64,000 nucleotides of DNA from a bacterium. GTDB lineage: Bacteria > Zhuqueibacterota > Zhuqueibacteria > Residuimicrobiales > Krinioviventaceae. The stretch spans positions 3,136,001-3,200,000 of the forward strand of contig CAXXMD010000003.1 of NCBI GenBank assembly GCA_963675755.2. Reading direction: 5' to 3'. The notes beneath the pieces are model-generated. The model saw nothing but the letters and a program-made list of their open reading frames with translations. It ran no database searches and had not been told where the DNA came from. Both the position numbers and the translations under genes were made by a program. Shown one piece after another: positions 44,483 through 54,058 of the stretch; position 1 is the first letter of the stretch; each line of letters starts with the position of its first letter.

Positions 44483-46546
44483 TTAGAAATATTTTTTATC
44501 AAGCTGCTTTGCAAGTGCAAGTAACCTGTCTGACAATTGAACGGCAGTTGAAAATGTGAATTTCTCGTTATGCCAGTTGTCCCACAGGGTTTGCAGCTCT
44601 GTTGCAATTTTTACATCTTTTAAATCTTTAAATTTCTCAACAAACTGTTTGGTTGCTGTGGGTTTGTGGTTAACATAGATCTGCTGTGATTCCAGGGCAA
44701 GCTTGTTCAGTGTCATACCATTCCATATGGTGATGAATGTCAGAATATCTGCGGCAGGCGATTTTTCCAGACCATAAAGCGTGTCTTTTAGGGAATTGAT
44801 ATAGGCCGTTTCACCGTTTTTATATTGGGATTGAAGGTTTTGCAGCCCTTTATAAAAGCCCGGCCATTTTGCACGTGTGTCACGTTCAAGCATCTCTTTT
44901 AGTTTGTCTTTTTGCGGATACAGTTCTTCAGTTATTTTCCCTTCCGCATACGCTTTTTCGATCAGGTAAAAAAGCTCGTCCATGTGTACCAGCTCCACTT
45001 TATCAGCCGGGAACTGATCCATTGCCGCTTTGATTTTACCCATGCTTACCGAGTGATTGCCAATACAGTTGATGAATAAAGGACGGTTGGGACAGGCGTC
45101 AATAAACTCTTTAAAGACCTTGAACACATCATCACCGCGGTGAATGCCTTCACCAAAAAAGATGTCGGGTTTGCCGTTGCCTATAAAATGTTTTTCAAAT
45201 GCAGATTCTCCCATGCCTCTCATAAAGCCTTTTACATCCGGCATGGTTTCGCACTGGGTTTCGTAAAATCCCGGTACAACTGCTTCCTGCCACCAATCCC
45301 GGTCATTCCAGTTTGCTATATGTACTTCTGTAATACCGCATTTTTTCATATAATCGTTGGTCAGTTTCAGGAATTTTTTCGGGTCGGGATGAAGATGCGG
45401 ATACGTATAAGTCGCTCCGGATGATGCGGCAACAAAATAATCCGTGGGGCCCAGGTTTTCAAAATAGTATTTTACCTGTGCCGGCATAAAATCGTATGCA
45501 AGCGGCATAAATCCCCAGTTGTATTTTATTTTTCCGCGAGTGGGATCAGCCCAATCCTTTACCACATGGTTCTCTACAAACCAGGCAGCGTCTCCATCTG
45601 TTGTCATGTATGCGATATAGACCTTGTTCTCTAGTTTTAAATTCTTTTTATCAAGCGGACGCTGTTTAAAATTATAATCAGGAACCGGCATGCTTGAATG
45701 CACCGACATGTTTGTTGTATTCAGATTGCACATGCCATATATACCAAATTCTGCTGACAGGGCAATGGCCTCGTGTTCATTGTCGCGCGCGCAATGCCAT
45801 CCGATGACATATGCTTCCTCGGGATATTCCTGATAAATCTTTTTGATCAGGTTATAGTCCGCCTTGTCCCGCTCAGAGGTAGACATGTCGAATGAAAATA
45901 TATTATGGGCCATTACATAATCACGGTTGGTAAAGGTGGAAACGGGAAAATGCGGAACATGGATGCACAACTGGGCTACTACTTTTTTATTACACTTGGG
46001 TAAAAGTTCTTTTCTGGCCCATTCATAGGCGGTCAGATGGTCTGGCGCTTTATCGGACATGTCTGCTTTTTGTTGTAATCCGAATTCTTGAGCAAGAGCG
46101 AGCTGTTCACGGGTTACCGGCAGCAAGTTGTTTAATGCACCATATGTGGTTGCCAGATTCAACGAGTGGGGTTTGGCATTGTCGTACAAAACTGTTCCCG
46201 AGATTTCTTTCGCAAACAGTTTAAACAAGTCTTTGATTGAATCAACTTTTTCATAGTCAATATTGTATTCATCCCGGTAATGGTCTAGCCAGAACTGGTC
46301 CTGTTTGTTATAAACAATATAGACACGGGTATTGTTTCTGTTGATCAATCCTTGAAAACATGTGGTTAAATTTTTGGTTTGCCAGTCTGTTTTATAATCA
46401 AGCGAGATTGCCCATAATTTTTCAGGCATTTTGCCATGCGGCATTATACGTTCATAGCCAGGGGAACTGCTGCATTTTAGCCAGGGAGCGGCGGACAGTG
46501 CAGCACCTGATGCAGTCATGGTTCTGAGAAAAGTACGACGTTTCAT
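44483..46546 (-). CDS. Tat-exported GxGYxYP-family putative glycoside hydrolase
   Basis: MKRRTFLR Tat signal from ATG at 46546 (GGAGG RBS); FQGLINR, RDY, TDGD and SGATYTYP motifs. Confidence 0.78.
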   Translation of the reverse strand: MKRRTFLRTMTASGAALSAAPWLKCSSSPGYERIMPHGKMPEKLWAISLDYKTDWQTKNLTTCFQGLINRNNTRVYIVYNKQDQFWLDHYRDEYNIDYEKVDSIKDLFKLFAKEISGTVLYDNAKPHSLNLATTYGALNNLLPVTREQLALAQEFGLQQKADMSDKAPDHLTAYEWARKELLPKCNKKVVAQLCIHVPHFPVSTFTNRDYVMAHNIFSFDMSTSERDKADYNLIKKIYQEYPEEAYVIGWHCARDNEHEAIALSAEFGIYGMCNLNTTNMSVHSSMPVPDYNFKQRPLDKKNLKLENKVYIAYMTTDGDAAWFVENHVVKDWADPTRGKIKYNWGFMPLAYDFMPAQVKYYFENLGPTDYFVAASSGATYTYPHLHPDPKKFLKLTNDYMKKCGITEVHIANWNDRDWWQEAVVPGFYETQCETMPDVKGFMRGMGESAFEKHFIGNGKPDIFFGEGIHRGDDVFKVFKEFIDACPNRPLFINCIGNHSVSMGKIKAAMDQFPADKVELVHMDELFYLIEKAYAEGKITEELYPQKDKLKEMLERDTRAKWPGFYKGLQNLQSQYKNGETAYINSLKDTLYGLEKSPAADILTFITIWNGMTLNKLALESQQIYVNHKPTATKQFVEKFKDLKDVKIATELQTLWDNWHNEKFTFSTAVQLSDRLLALAKQLDKKYF

Positions 46547-46774
46547 GCATCCTCCGGGATTGTGGATCGTCATTCGCTATTTTTTTTGTAAAAAAGATAT
46601 AATTCAAGATAGTGTGTATTTTGGGAAAAACAAGAAGTATAATGAATTGATTCAAGAGTTAACAATTTTTTACCAGTATTTTGCATACCCTGATATTGTT
46701 TGTTTGGGAATATTTTATTACTTTTAGACGGTCAAAGGATTCTTAGTCTACTTTACAAAATTAAAGGATCCGTT

Positions 46775-48409
46775 ATGAAAAAAATGTTGTATCTGTGCCT
46801 GCTGGTTTTTCTATCTTTTCAATCCATTTTTGCGGCAAAGGGAGATTCTCTCTGCTTTCACAAGATTGTAAGAGATAATAAAGGTTTTATGCTTTCCTGG
46901 TATCAACCGGAAACAGATGGCGCAGCGTTTACTCACGTAGCAAAACTTGCAACGGAATTTATTAAAACAAAATGTCCGGTAGAACCCAAAACCGGCAAAC
47001 CTTTATATTATCTGTTTTGTGAATTCCCACACCCCTCAACCGATGATAATTTTTTCTCTGGTACGGTTGCGCGTTATACGCTTCCCAATAATCCCGCTTG
47101 TGTGTTTGCAGGATTAACGCAGAGCCTGGCTGTAGATTATTATCCGTTTTATGGTGATGAATCGGTATTGCAAATTGTACAGGATATACTGGACCATATG
47201 ATTAAATATGGTACTACTCCTGTGGATTGGAAATGGGGCGGGTGTCCCTATGCCAGCAGCGATCCGGGTGAAACCGTATATGCCGGCGGTACCCAATGGC
47301 AGGATGAAGGTCGCGGAGACGGACCGGGTGTTCTGGAACCGGACAAAATTGGTGAAATGGGTGTTGCGTACCTGCAATTTTACCAGATTACAGAGAATAA
47401 TAAATATCTCGATGCGGCAGTTGCCTGCGCAAGCGCACTGGCTAAAAATGTAATAAAAGGGGATATCCACAAATCTCCATGGCCATATCGCGTGAATGGT
47501 AAAACCGGCGAGGATGTGGAATCGTATTGCTCGAATGTACTGCCATCTATCATGCTGTTTGATGATCTGGAGCGGATCAAAGATTATATTGATGTACCCC
47601 CAGTGCAGCTCGAAAGTTTTCAAAAGGCCAGAGAGATTGCCTGGAACTGGTTGTTCTCAAAATCCGGTCCCATGAAGACCTTTATCTGGAAAGGGTACTT
47701 TGAAGATTGTCCCATTGATGCCGATAATAGTAATCGTGTTCAGGTAACTGCTGTTGAAACCGCAAGATATCTGTTGCAGCACCCGGAATTTGATCCTTTT
47801 TACAAAGAGAATGTATCTGCGCTGTTAAAATGGAGTGACAGTGTGTTTGGTACTGATGGTTCCATGGGCTATAACGCGCAATGCGAGCAATTGATCTGTT
47901 ATCAACCAATGGGCAGCCACACTGCCAGATACGCATCCGTGTGCGCCATGTGGTACGCGCTGACCGGTATTGAAGCGTACAAAACCGAAGCGCTGGAGAA
48001 TTTCAACTGGGCCACCTATTGTTGTGACAATGAGGGTGTTGTATCGGTGGGGCCACGATGGCTGGGCGCCTGGTTTTCGGATGGTTACGGCGATTATATA
48101 AAGCACTTTTTTGACGGCATGCAGGCTGTTCCCGAATGGGCACCGGCAGGAGAAAATCATCTGCTGGGTTCTTCAAGTTTGGTGCAGTCAATCAAGTATG
48201 ATGAAACAGAAATCCAATATCGCACGTTTTTACCCCAATCGGTAGAAACGCTCAAGCTTAACAAACAACCCAAAGCGGTAACTGTCGACGGCAAGCCGCT
48301 GGCTATGCTCACCGAAGTGGCAGAAGGCTGGAACTGGCAGCCTTGCGGCAATGATGGCGTTGTACGAATTGAGCATACAAACGGACGGGAGGTCCGTATC
48401 GTGTTCTAG
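46775..48409 (+). CDS. Secreted hypothetical protein, possible (alpha/alpha) barrel glycoside-active enzyme
   Basis: ATG at 46775 with AAGGA RBS; signal peptide; EPDKIGE, YLQFYQIT..YLDAA, WFSDGYGDY. Confidence 0.65.
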   Translation: MKKMLYLCLLVFLSFQSIFAAKGDSLCFHKIVRDNKGFMLSWYQPETDGAAFTHVAKLATEFIKTKCPVEPKTGKPLYYLFCEFPHPSTDDNFFSGTVARYTLPNNPACVFAGLTQSLAVDYYPFYGDESVLQIVQDILDHMIKYGTTPVDWKWGGCPYASSDPGETVYAGGTQWQDEGRGDGPGVLEPDKIGEMGVAYLQFYQITENNKYLDAAVACASALAKNVIKGDIHKSPWPYRVNGKTGEDVESYCSNVLPSIMLFDDLERIKDYIDVPPVQLESFQKAREIAWNWLFSKSGPMKTFIWKGYFEDCPIDADNSNRVQVTAVETARYLLQHPEFDPFYKENVSALLKWSDSVFGTDGSMGYNAQCEQLICYQPMGSHTARYASVCAMWYALTGIEAYKTEALENFNWATYCCDNEGVVSVGPRWLGAWFSDGYGDYIKHFFDGMQAVPEWAPAGENHLLGSSSLVQSIKYDETEIQYRTFLPQSVETLKLNKQPKAVTVDGKPLAMLTEVAEGWNWQPCGNDGVVRIEHTNGREVRIVF

Positions 48410-48427
48410 AAAAGCAGGAGGAGTGTT

Positions 48428-49309
48428 ATGAGATTTTTAACAGCGTACTGTTTTTTGAGCATATTTATATTTTTCAGTTGTAACCAATATTCTAAAATAC
48501 AAAAACCTTTTAGTTATTTTAATCAGCAACCGCCCGGCTTACAGCCGGAGCGGTTTGCTTCCGATGTGTTTAATCAATCCGGCTACATGCTGCATGGGTA
48601 TCCCACTTTTTCTCCTGACGCGCAAGAGGTGTACTGGCCGGTTGTACCACCTCGGATTTTCCATATAAAACAAAATGATGCCGGCGTGTCTGCTCCACAG
48701 ATAGCGTCATTTACAGCGGGAAATATGCAGGCACCGTTTTATGCACCCGATTCTGACAGAATCTACTTTCAATTGTCCCACAAGGCAGGATATGGATCGT
48801 TGGATATTTGCTATGTCGAAAAAATGGACACCACATGGGGAGCCATAGAAACCCTGCCAATGCCGCCCAATTCACCCAAGCTTGAATCGCAGCCCTCTTT
48901 GTGCCGTAACGGGAATCTCTATTTTACCGGATTTTATGAAAAGGGTATGTTGAATCGCGGTATCTATCGCAGTCAATACAAAAGCGGTAAATTTATGGGA
49001 CCCGAACTGTTACCGGAAATTATCAACACCTCCGCATTGGACTATACACCCTTTATTGCACCGGACGAATCGTTTCTGCTTTTTGCCTCTACCCGTGAGG
49101 GGGAAGAAGAAGAGGCGATCCGGTTGTTTGTCAGTTTTCATAACACAGATGATACCTGGACTGAACCTGTAAATCTGAACAAAATTATGCAATTCGACCA
49201 GCCCAGCCGCTTTCCCTGTCTTACACCCGATGGTATGTACATTGTCTTTCAGAGCGGCCAGGAGTATTACTGGGTAAGTGCAGAGATTTTAGAGCAGTGC
49301 AAGGTATAA
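48428..49309 (+). CDS. PD40/TolB-like beta-propeller lipoprotein
   Basis: Lipobox FFSC; PTFSPD, PFIAPDESFLLF and PCLTPDG repeats. Confidence 0.8.
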   Translation: MRFLTAYCFLSIFIFFSCNQYSKIQKPFSYFNQQPPGLQPERFASDVFNQSGYMLHGYPTFSPDAQEVYWPVVPPRIFHIKQNDAGVSAPQIASFTAGNMQAPFYAPDSDRIYFQLSHKAGYGSLDICYVEKMDTTWGAIETLPMPPNSPKLESQPSLCRNGNLYFTGFYEKGMLNRGIYRSQYKSGKFMGPELLPEIINTSALDYTPFIAPDESFLLFASTREGEEEEAIRLFVSFHNTDDTWTEPVNLNKIMQFDQPSRFPCLTPDGMYIVFQSGQEYYWVSAEILEQCKV

Positions 49310-49377
49310 ACCTCATATCCATAAATTGGGGATGTATTGTATGGTATTCTAATGAATCATTTAAATAGGACCAAATA

Positions 49378-50961
49378 ATGAAAATTTCAAGACGAACGTT
49401 TTTAGCTTCATCTACAGCAGTGTTGGGTGTTATGGCTTTTCCGGTTTGCAAGTCCAATAATGCTTCGCCTCGCAGTTACCAGGTTTGTTTATCTGTGGAT
49501 ACCATTGAGAATAATCCTGAGCTCCTTGCAACCATTGCAGATGCCGGGTGTAAGGTTGTCTGGATTGGCGCGTTTTTCTATGGATATTGGCCGGTAAGTA
49601 TAGAAAAACTGGTGAATGCCCGAAAACGTGTGAATGCAATGGGCATGGAGGCCCTGATTATCAATATTCCACTGGGGCATCCCGGTGATTCGCTGGGCTC
49701 CAAAGACGGTGATTTCCCATTAACACCTCCTATGCATTGGAAGACCGCAGTGCATTTTGACGGACATGTATATTCCGGCACCTCTTTGCACAAGCCCGCT
49801 ACTAGTGAAAATGTACAAGCCGTCAAAGAGCTAAAAGACGCTGGTTTTTCTACAATACTTTTGGATGATGATTTTCGTCTGGCTACAGGACCGGGGCAGA
49901 TTGGCGGATGTTATTGTGATTTTCATCGTGACTGGTTTTTAAATAGTAATGGATATGCTGCAAGTCGTTGGAATGAATTGCTAAATGATGCACAGCAAAG
50001 ACGGTTTACGCCTCTGTTAAGGTCATGGGTGGATTTTACTACATCTCAATTAACAGATTGTTTCAACCAACAGCAGCAAGTTATAGGAGAACAGAACCTG
50101 GGTATTATGGTAATGTATCTCGGTTCGGAAAAAGCCGGTATCGCTCTGGATGAATATACGAATGTTCCTTTCAGGGTGGGAGAGCTGATGTTTGATGATA
50201 AATCCTTTGCCCGTGTCAAGGGAAAAACCGACGAGCTTTACAGTGCGCTGTTTCATCGTCGTTTTACACAGCCAGAGCTCGCCTGGAGTGAGACCACAGC
50301 TTTTCCGCATGATAACCTCTCTGCAAAAAATGTAGCTGCCAAATTGACTGTTTCTACTATTGCAGATGTAAGGAATACCTGTTTTATGAGTGGAATGCAG
50401 CCTTATCCGATTTCATATTGGGAAACTTTGAAACCTGCAATGCAAACACAGTCTGAATTCCATTCTGTTTTGGCGGAGCACAAACCCCAGGGTCCGTTCA
50501 AACATTGGCGGGGATTGCCAGAACGATATGTAGGAAAAGACAAGCCTTTTAGTCAGTGGCTGGCTACAGGTGTTCCGTTTGAACTGTGTGACAATCTGCC
50601 GCAGGATGGATGGACCTTTTTATCCGAAGCCGATGCTGTTCATCTCACGGATCAGGAACTCGGGTCCGGCACGCGTTTTATTGCACAGCCTGCTGAGGGA
50701 TTGCACACTGAAATCGAGCAAATAAAAGAAGCATTGCCAGAGATGTTTGCGCTCAAAGCCCGGATTTTACCGCAATTAAAACAGACTCCATTTATTGTGC
50801 AGGATATTCCGGCAGTATGCGCCTGGTACCCCACAGCCAAAGCTGTGCTGGTATGGAACCTGACCGAACAGCAGCAAAGGCTTACCGTACAAATGGATGA
50901 GAAACAACACGAGCTGTTATTGGGTCCGCTGGAATCCGGATTGGTTCGGGATTTGGGATAA
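49378..50961 (+). CDS. Tat-exported hypothetical protein, possible TIM-barrel glycoside hydrolase
   Basis: SRRTFL Tat motif; LDDDFRL..GGCYCDFH; located in a CAZyme cluster. Confidence 0.6.
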   Translation: MKISRRTFLASSTAVLGVMAFPVCKSNNASPRSYQVCLSVDTIENNPELLATIADAGCKVVWIGAFFYGYWPVSIEKLVNARKRVNAMGMEALIINIPLGHPGDSLGSKDGDFPLTPPMHWKTAVHFDGHVYSGTSLHKPATSENVQAVKELKDAGFSTILLDDDFRLATGPGQIGGCYCDFHRDWFLNSNGYAASRWNELLNDAQQRRFTPLLRSWVDFTTSQLTDCFNQQQQVIGEQNLGIMVMYLGSEKAGIALDEYTNVPFRVGELMFDDKSFARVKGKTDELYSALFHRRFTQPELAWSETTAFPHDNLSAKNVAAKLTVSTIADVRNTCFMSGMQPYPISYWETLKPAMQTQSEFHSVLAEHKPQGPFKHWRGLPERYVGKDKPFSQWLATGVPFELCDNLPQDGWTFLSEADAVHLTDQELGSGTRFIAQPAEGLHTEIEQIKEALPEMFALKARILPQLKQTPFIVQDIPAVCAWYPTAKAVLVWNLTEQQQRLTVQMDEKQHELLLGPLESGLVRDLG

Positions 50962-50983
50962 AGATGATCTCGGTTTATTGAAA

Positions 50984-51010
50984 GGTTACAAGGCAGAGCC
51001 TTGTAACCAG
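50984..51010. repeat. REP-like palindrome, copy 4
   Basis: GGTTACAAGGCAGAGCCTTGTAACCAG. Confidence 0.9.
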
Positions 51011-51234
51011 TGGGGGATAGAAAATTGGGAATAGAATATTGGAAATAGTTTTCATGGTTTTGGAATTCTATTGATAAATGCTGTTAGTTTTTATATTATC
51101 CAAAAGGGAAACAGGTCTTTTATTATTAAAAGTAAAAATTTTATTTTTCGGGGCGACTCACGGGGACTCGGTGATGTACCGGGTGAGACCAAAACTGATA
51201 TTTAATCAACTGAAATAAATATTGAGAGGGGTAT

Positions 51235-52314
51235 ATGCATAGGAATCTGTACTTGATCATTTTATTTGTATTTGCGGTATCAATACTATGTAAACGAATA
51301 CCCACATTGCCGGAAACAGAGCCGGAACCCGGCAGCAGAAATTATATATGGGAACTGGATACTCTGAACTCACCCATGAATTACATAAGTTCAGTTTGGG
51401 GTGCGTCTCCAATGGATGTATGGGCTGTTGGCGGGGGTGGTACCTATAAAGACAGGTTATGGCATTATGATGGTGTTGAGTGGTCTATTTATAATAAAGA
51501 AGCTATAAATGTAGGGGGTATGACCCTTTGGGGCACAGGTCCGAACAATGTTTGGATGGGCGGACAGGGCGGTTGGGGAGTAGAGGGGGCTGCGATCTGG
51601 CATTTTAATGGCAAAGAATGGAGCCAGTTCTATAATTATAAAGTTGATGGCGCTTATATAATTTCTATTGAAAAAATTTGGGGAACATCTGCCAACGATG
51701 TTTATGCTTGTGGAATAATTGATTTTAAAAAAGAGACAATTGATAACTGGCGTGGCTTTGTATTGCATTTTGATGGTAAAAAGTGGAAAGAAATTGTACG
51801 AGCAACCTTTAATTCTCAATTTTTAAAAATAAGGAAAAATGATAATAAAGTCATTGTACAATCTTATGCAATGGATTATGAAAGCAGCGCTCAAGATATA
51901 ATAGCATTTTATCAAATAAGTGATAATAAACTTGATGAAATTTATTCAACAACGCTTAAAGATGTTTATTGGGCCAGTCTTCATGTTATTGATGGAATAA
52001 CCTATTTTGTTGTTGGGGAGGAGATATATTCATATCAAGGAGCAAAGATGATTGAGCAATTTACAATGCCAAATTCTGAATTTAATTGTCAGATATATGG
52101 CAGAAACAAGCTTGATCTTTTTCTTAGTATGAAAGATGGCATTGCGCATTATAATGGTACTGATATTGAGTATTTATATAGATACCCTTATGAACAAATG
52201 GGAAATAATAATGATCCTATGATTTTCAAAAATGAAATATTTTTTTGTGTGTCGAACCCTTACGGGACACCGGAAAATAGTAATTTAATTTTACATGGCA
52301 AGATTTTAAAATAA
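51235..52314 (+). CDS. Exported beta-propeller-like protein (WGxSxxDVWAVG repeats), copy A
   Basis: Signal peptide ending in Cys (possible lipoprotein); repeats WGASPMDVWAVG, WGTGPNNVWMGG and WGTSANDVYACG with HF/YDG..W. Confidence 0.8.
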   Translation: MHRNLYLIILFVFAVSILCKRIPTLPETEPEPGSRNYIWELDTLNSPMNYISSVWGASPMDVWAVGGGGTYKDRLWHYDGVEWSIYNKEAINVGGMTLWGTGPNNVWMGGQGGWGVEGAAIWHFNGKEWSQFYNYKVDGAYIISIEKIWGTSANDVYACGIIDFKKETIDNWRGFVLHFDGKKWKEIVRATFNSQFLKIRKNDNKVIVQSYAMDYESSAQDIIAFYQISDNKLDEIYSTTLKDVYWASLHVIDGITYFVVGEEIYSYQGAKMIEQFTMPNSEFNCQIYGRNKLDLFLSMKDGIAHYNGTDIEYLYRYPYEQMGNNNDPMIFKNEIFFCVSNPYGTPENSNLILHGKILK

Positions 52315-52472
52315 GGAGAATACTGCTAAACCATAAGAATAATTAATCGGAGACAGCGATTGCGGCGCTGTCTCCTGAATTTAGAACAGCACTCTCAGGC
52401 TGGCGCCCTAATACTTTATCGCAATCCTTTTTTATGTATCGCGGGATATGGGGTAGGGGACTTTTGGGGATA

Positions 52473-52499
52473 GGTTACAAGGCAGAGCCTTGTAAACAG
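52473..52499. repeat. REP-like palindrome, copy 5 (one mismatch)
   Basis: GGTTACAAGGCAGAGCCTTGTAAACAG. Confidence 0.88.
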
Positions 52500-52650
52500 T
52501 GGGGACCTTGTTTGGGGCAAGATTGGGATGGACAAATCAAAGCCCATATCAGGATTTGTAGAGTGTTTTGATAGGGGTTTACAGTTTTTACGTCTATGAT
52601 TAAATATTTTTAGTGTTTTCGTTTTTTTTTTGCGAGTTTTGCGATATTAC

Positions 52651-52679
52651 TTGACAGTGACTAATTCTTTTTGTATTAT
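52651..52679 (+). promoter_or_regulatory. Sigma-70 promoter of copy B
   Basis: TTGACA-17 bp-TATTAT. The counterpart TTGATA-17-TATTAT at 51071-51099 precedes copy A. Confidence 0.7.
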
Positions 52680-52814
52680 CCAAAAGGGAAGCAAGTCTTT
52701 TATTATTAGAAGTAAAAATTTCAATTTTCGGGGCGACTCACGGCGACTCGGTGATGTACCGGGTGAGACCAAAACTGATATTTAATCAACTGAAATAAAT
52801 ATTGAGAGGGGTAT

Positions 52815-53894
52815 ATGCATAGGAATCTGTACTTGATCATTTTATTTGTATTTGCGGTATCAATAGTATGTAAACGAATACCCACATTACCGGAAACAGA
52901 GCCGGAACCCGGCAGCAGAAATTATATATGGGAACTGGATACTCTGAACTCACCCATGAATTATTTCAATTCAATTTGGGGCGCGTCCCCAAATGATGTC
53001 TGGGCAGTAGGTGGGGCAGGTACCTATAAAGACCGGTTGTGGCATTTTAACGGCAATGAATGGTCGGTTTATAATAAAGAAGCAATTAATGTTTGTGGTG
53101 TTACCCTTTGGGGCACTGGTCCGAACAATGTTTGGATGGGCGGACAGGGCGGTTGGGGAGTTGGAGGTGGCGCAATCTGGCATTATAATGGTGATAAATG
53201 GGAACAGTACTATCATTGCCAGATTGAAAATGCATATTCAATTGAAGTTAGAGATATCTGGGGTATCGCCTCGAATAATGTTTATGCTTGTGGTACGATT
53301 AGTTTCTTTGATGGTACCAATGAAAAATGGAGAGGATTTGTGTTACATTTTGATGGAAAAGAATGGAGACAAGTTGTACAGGCATCATTTAATTCGCAAT
53401 TCATGAAAATCAGGAAAAATGATAATAGTGTTATTGTACAATCTTATGCTATTGATAAAGAAAGCAGCGCTAAAGATGTAATAACATTTTATCAAATAAA
53501 AAATAATGATCTTGATGAAATATATTCAACTACCCGTGAAAATATTGACTGGGCAAGCCTTCATGTTATTGATGGAATAACCTATTTTGTGATTGGAGAA
53601 GATATTTATTCTTTTTCAAGTGGAAACATTGAAAAACAGTTTACAATTCCATTTGAAGAATTTGAATGTCAGATATTTGGTCGTACTAAACTTGATATCT
53701 TTGTTAGTATGAAGGATGGTATTGCTCATTATAATGGAGAAGATATTGAATATTTGTATTATTATCCAGGTGAACGGATGTCAGAAGTAAATGATCCATT
53801 AATTTTTAAAAATGAAGTATTTTTTGTTGTGTTAAATTTTAACGGAAATGTAAATGAAACAAATTTAATTTTACATGGCAAGATTTTAAAATAA
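52815..53894 (+). CDS. Exported beta-propeller-like protein, copy B
   Basis: Same length (359 aa) and colinear with copy A. Confidence 0.8.
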   Translation: MHRNLYLIILFVFAVSIVCKRIPTLPETEPEPGSRNYIWELDTLNSPMNYFNSIWGASPNDVWAVGGAGTYKDRLWHFNGNEWSVYNKEAINVCGVTLWGTGPNNVWMGGQGGWGVGGGAIWHYNGDKWEQYYHCQIENAYSIEVRDIWGIASNNVYACGTISFFDGTNEKWRGFVLHFDGKEWRQVVQASFNSQFMKIRKNDNSVIVQSYAIDKESSAKDVITFYQIKNNDLDEIYSTTRENIDWASLHVIDGITYFVIGEDIYSFSSGNIEKQFTIPFEEFECQIFGRTKLDIFVSMKDGIAHYNGEDIEYLYYYPGERMSEVNDPLIFKNEVFFVVLNFNGNVNETNLILHGKILK

Positions 53895-54058
53895 GGAGAA
53901 TACTGCTAAACCATAAGAATAATTAATCGGAGACAGCGATTGCGGCGCTGTCTCCTGAATTTAGAACAGCACTCTCAGGCTGGCGCCCTAATAGACAGTT
54001 TTTAAAAAACTGCATGGGCTGTTCTATGGAAATATAATAATTTTTTCAAAAAAGGAAA

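Larger units (their letters stand above)
51071..53993 (+). repeat. Tandem duplication (offset 1580 bp) of promoter, leader, gene and 3' flank
   Basis: 51071-52413 versus 52651-53993. Leaders are near-identical and 3' flanks identical through ...GGCTGGCGCCCTAATA. Confidence 0.93.

Noticed and set aside
52340-52413. Glycine riboswitch suggested by ACTCTCAGG
   Set aside because: The GGAGA...CCGAAG core is absent and the context is unrelated to glycine metabolism.
41956-52499. Integron attC sites
   Set aside because: The repeats are short perfect 11-bp stems without attC extrahelical bases or R/L box spacing, and there is no integrase in the window.
51235-53894. Diversity-generating retroelement (TR/VR pair)
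   Set aside because: Differences between the copies are not adenine-specific, span most of the gene and include many synonymous changes. No reverse transcriptase is present.
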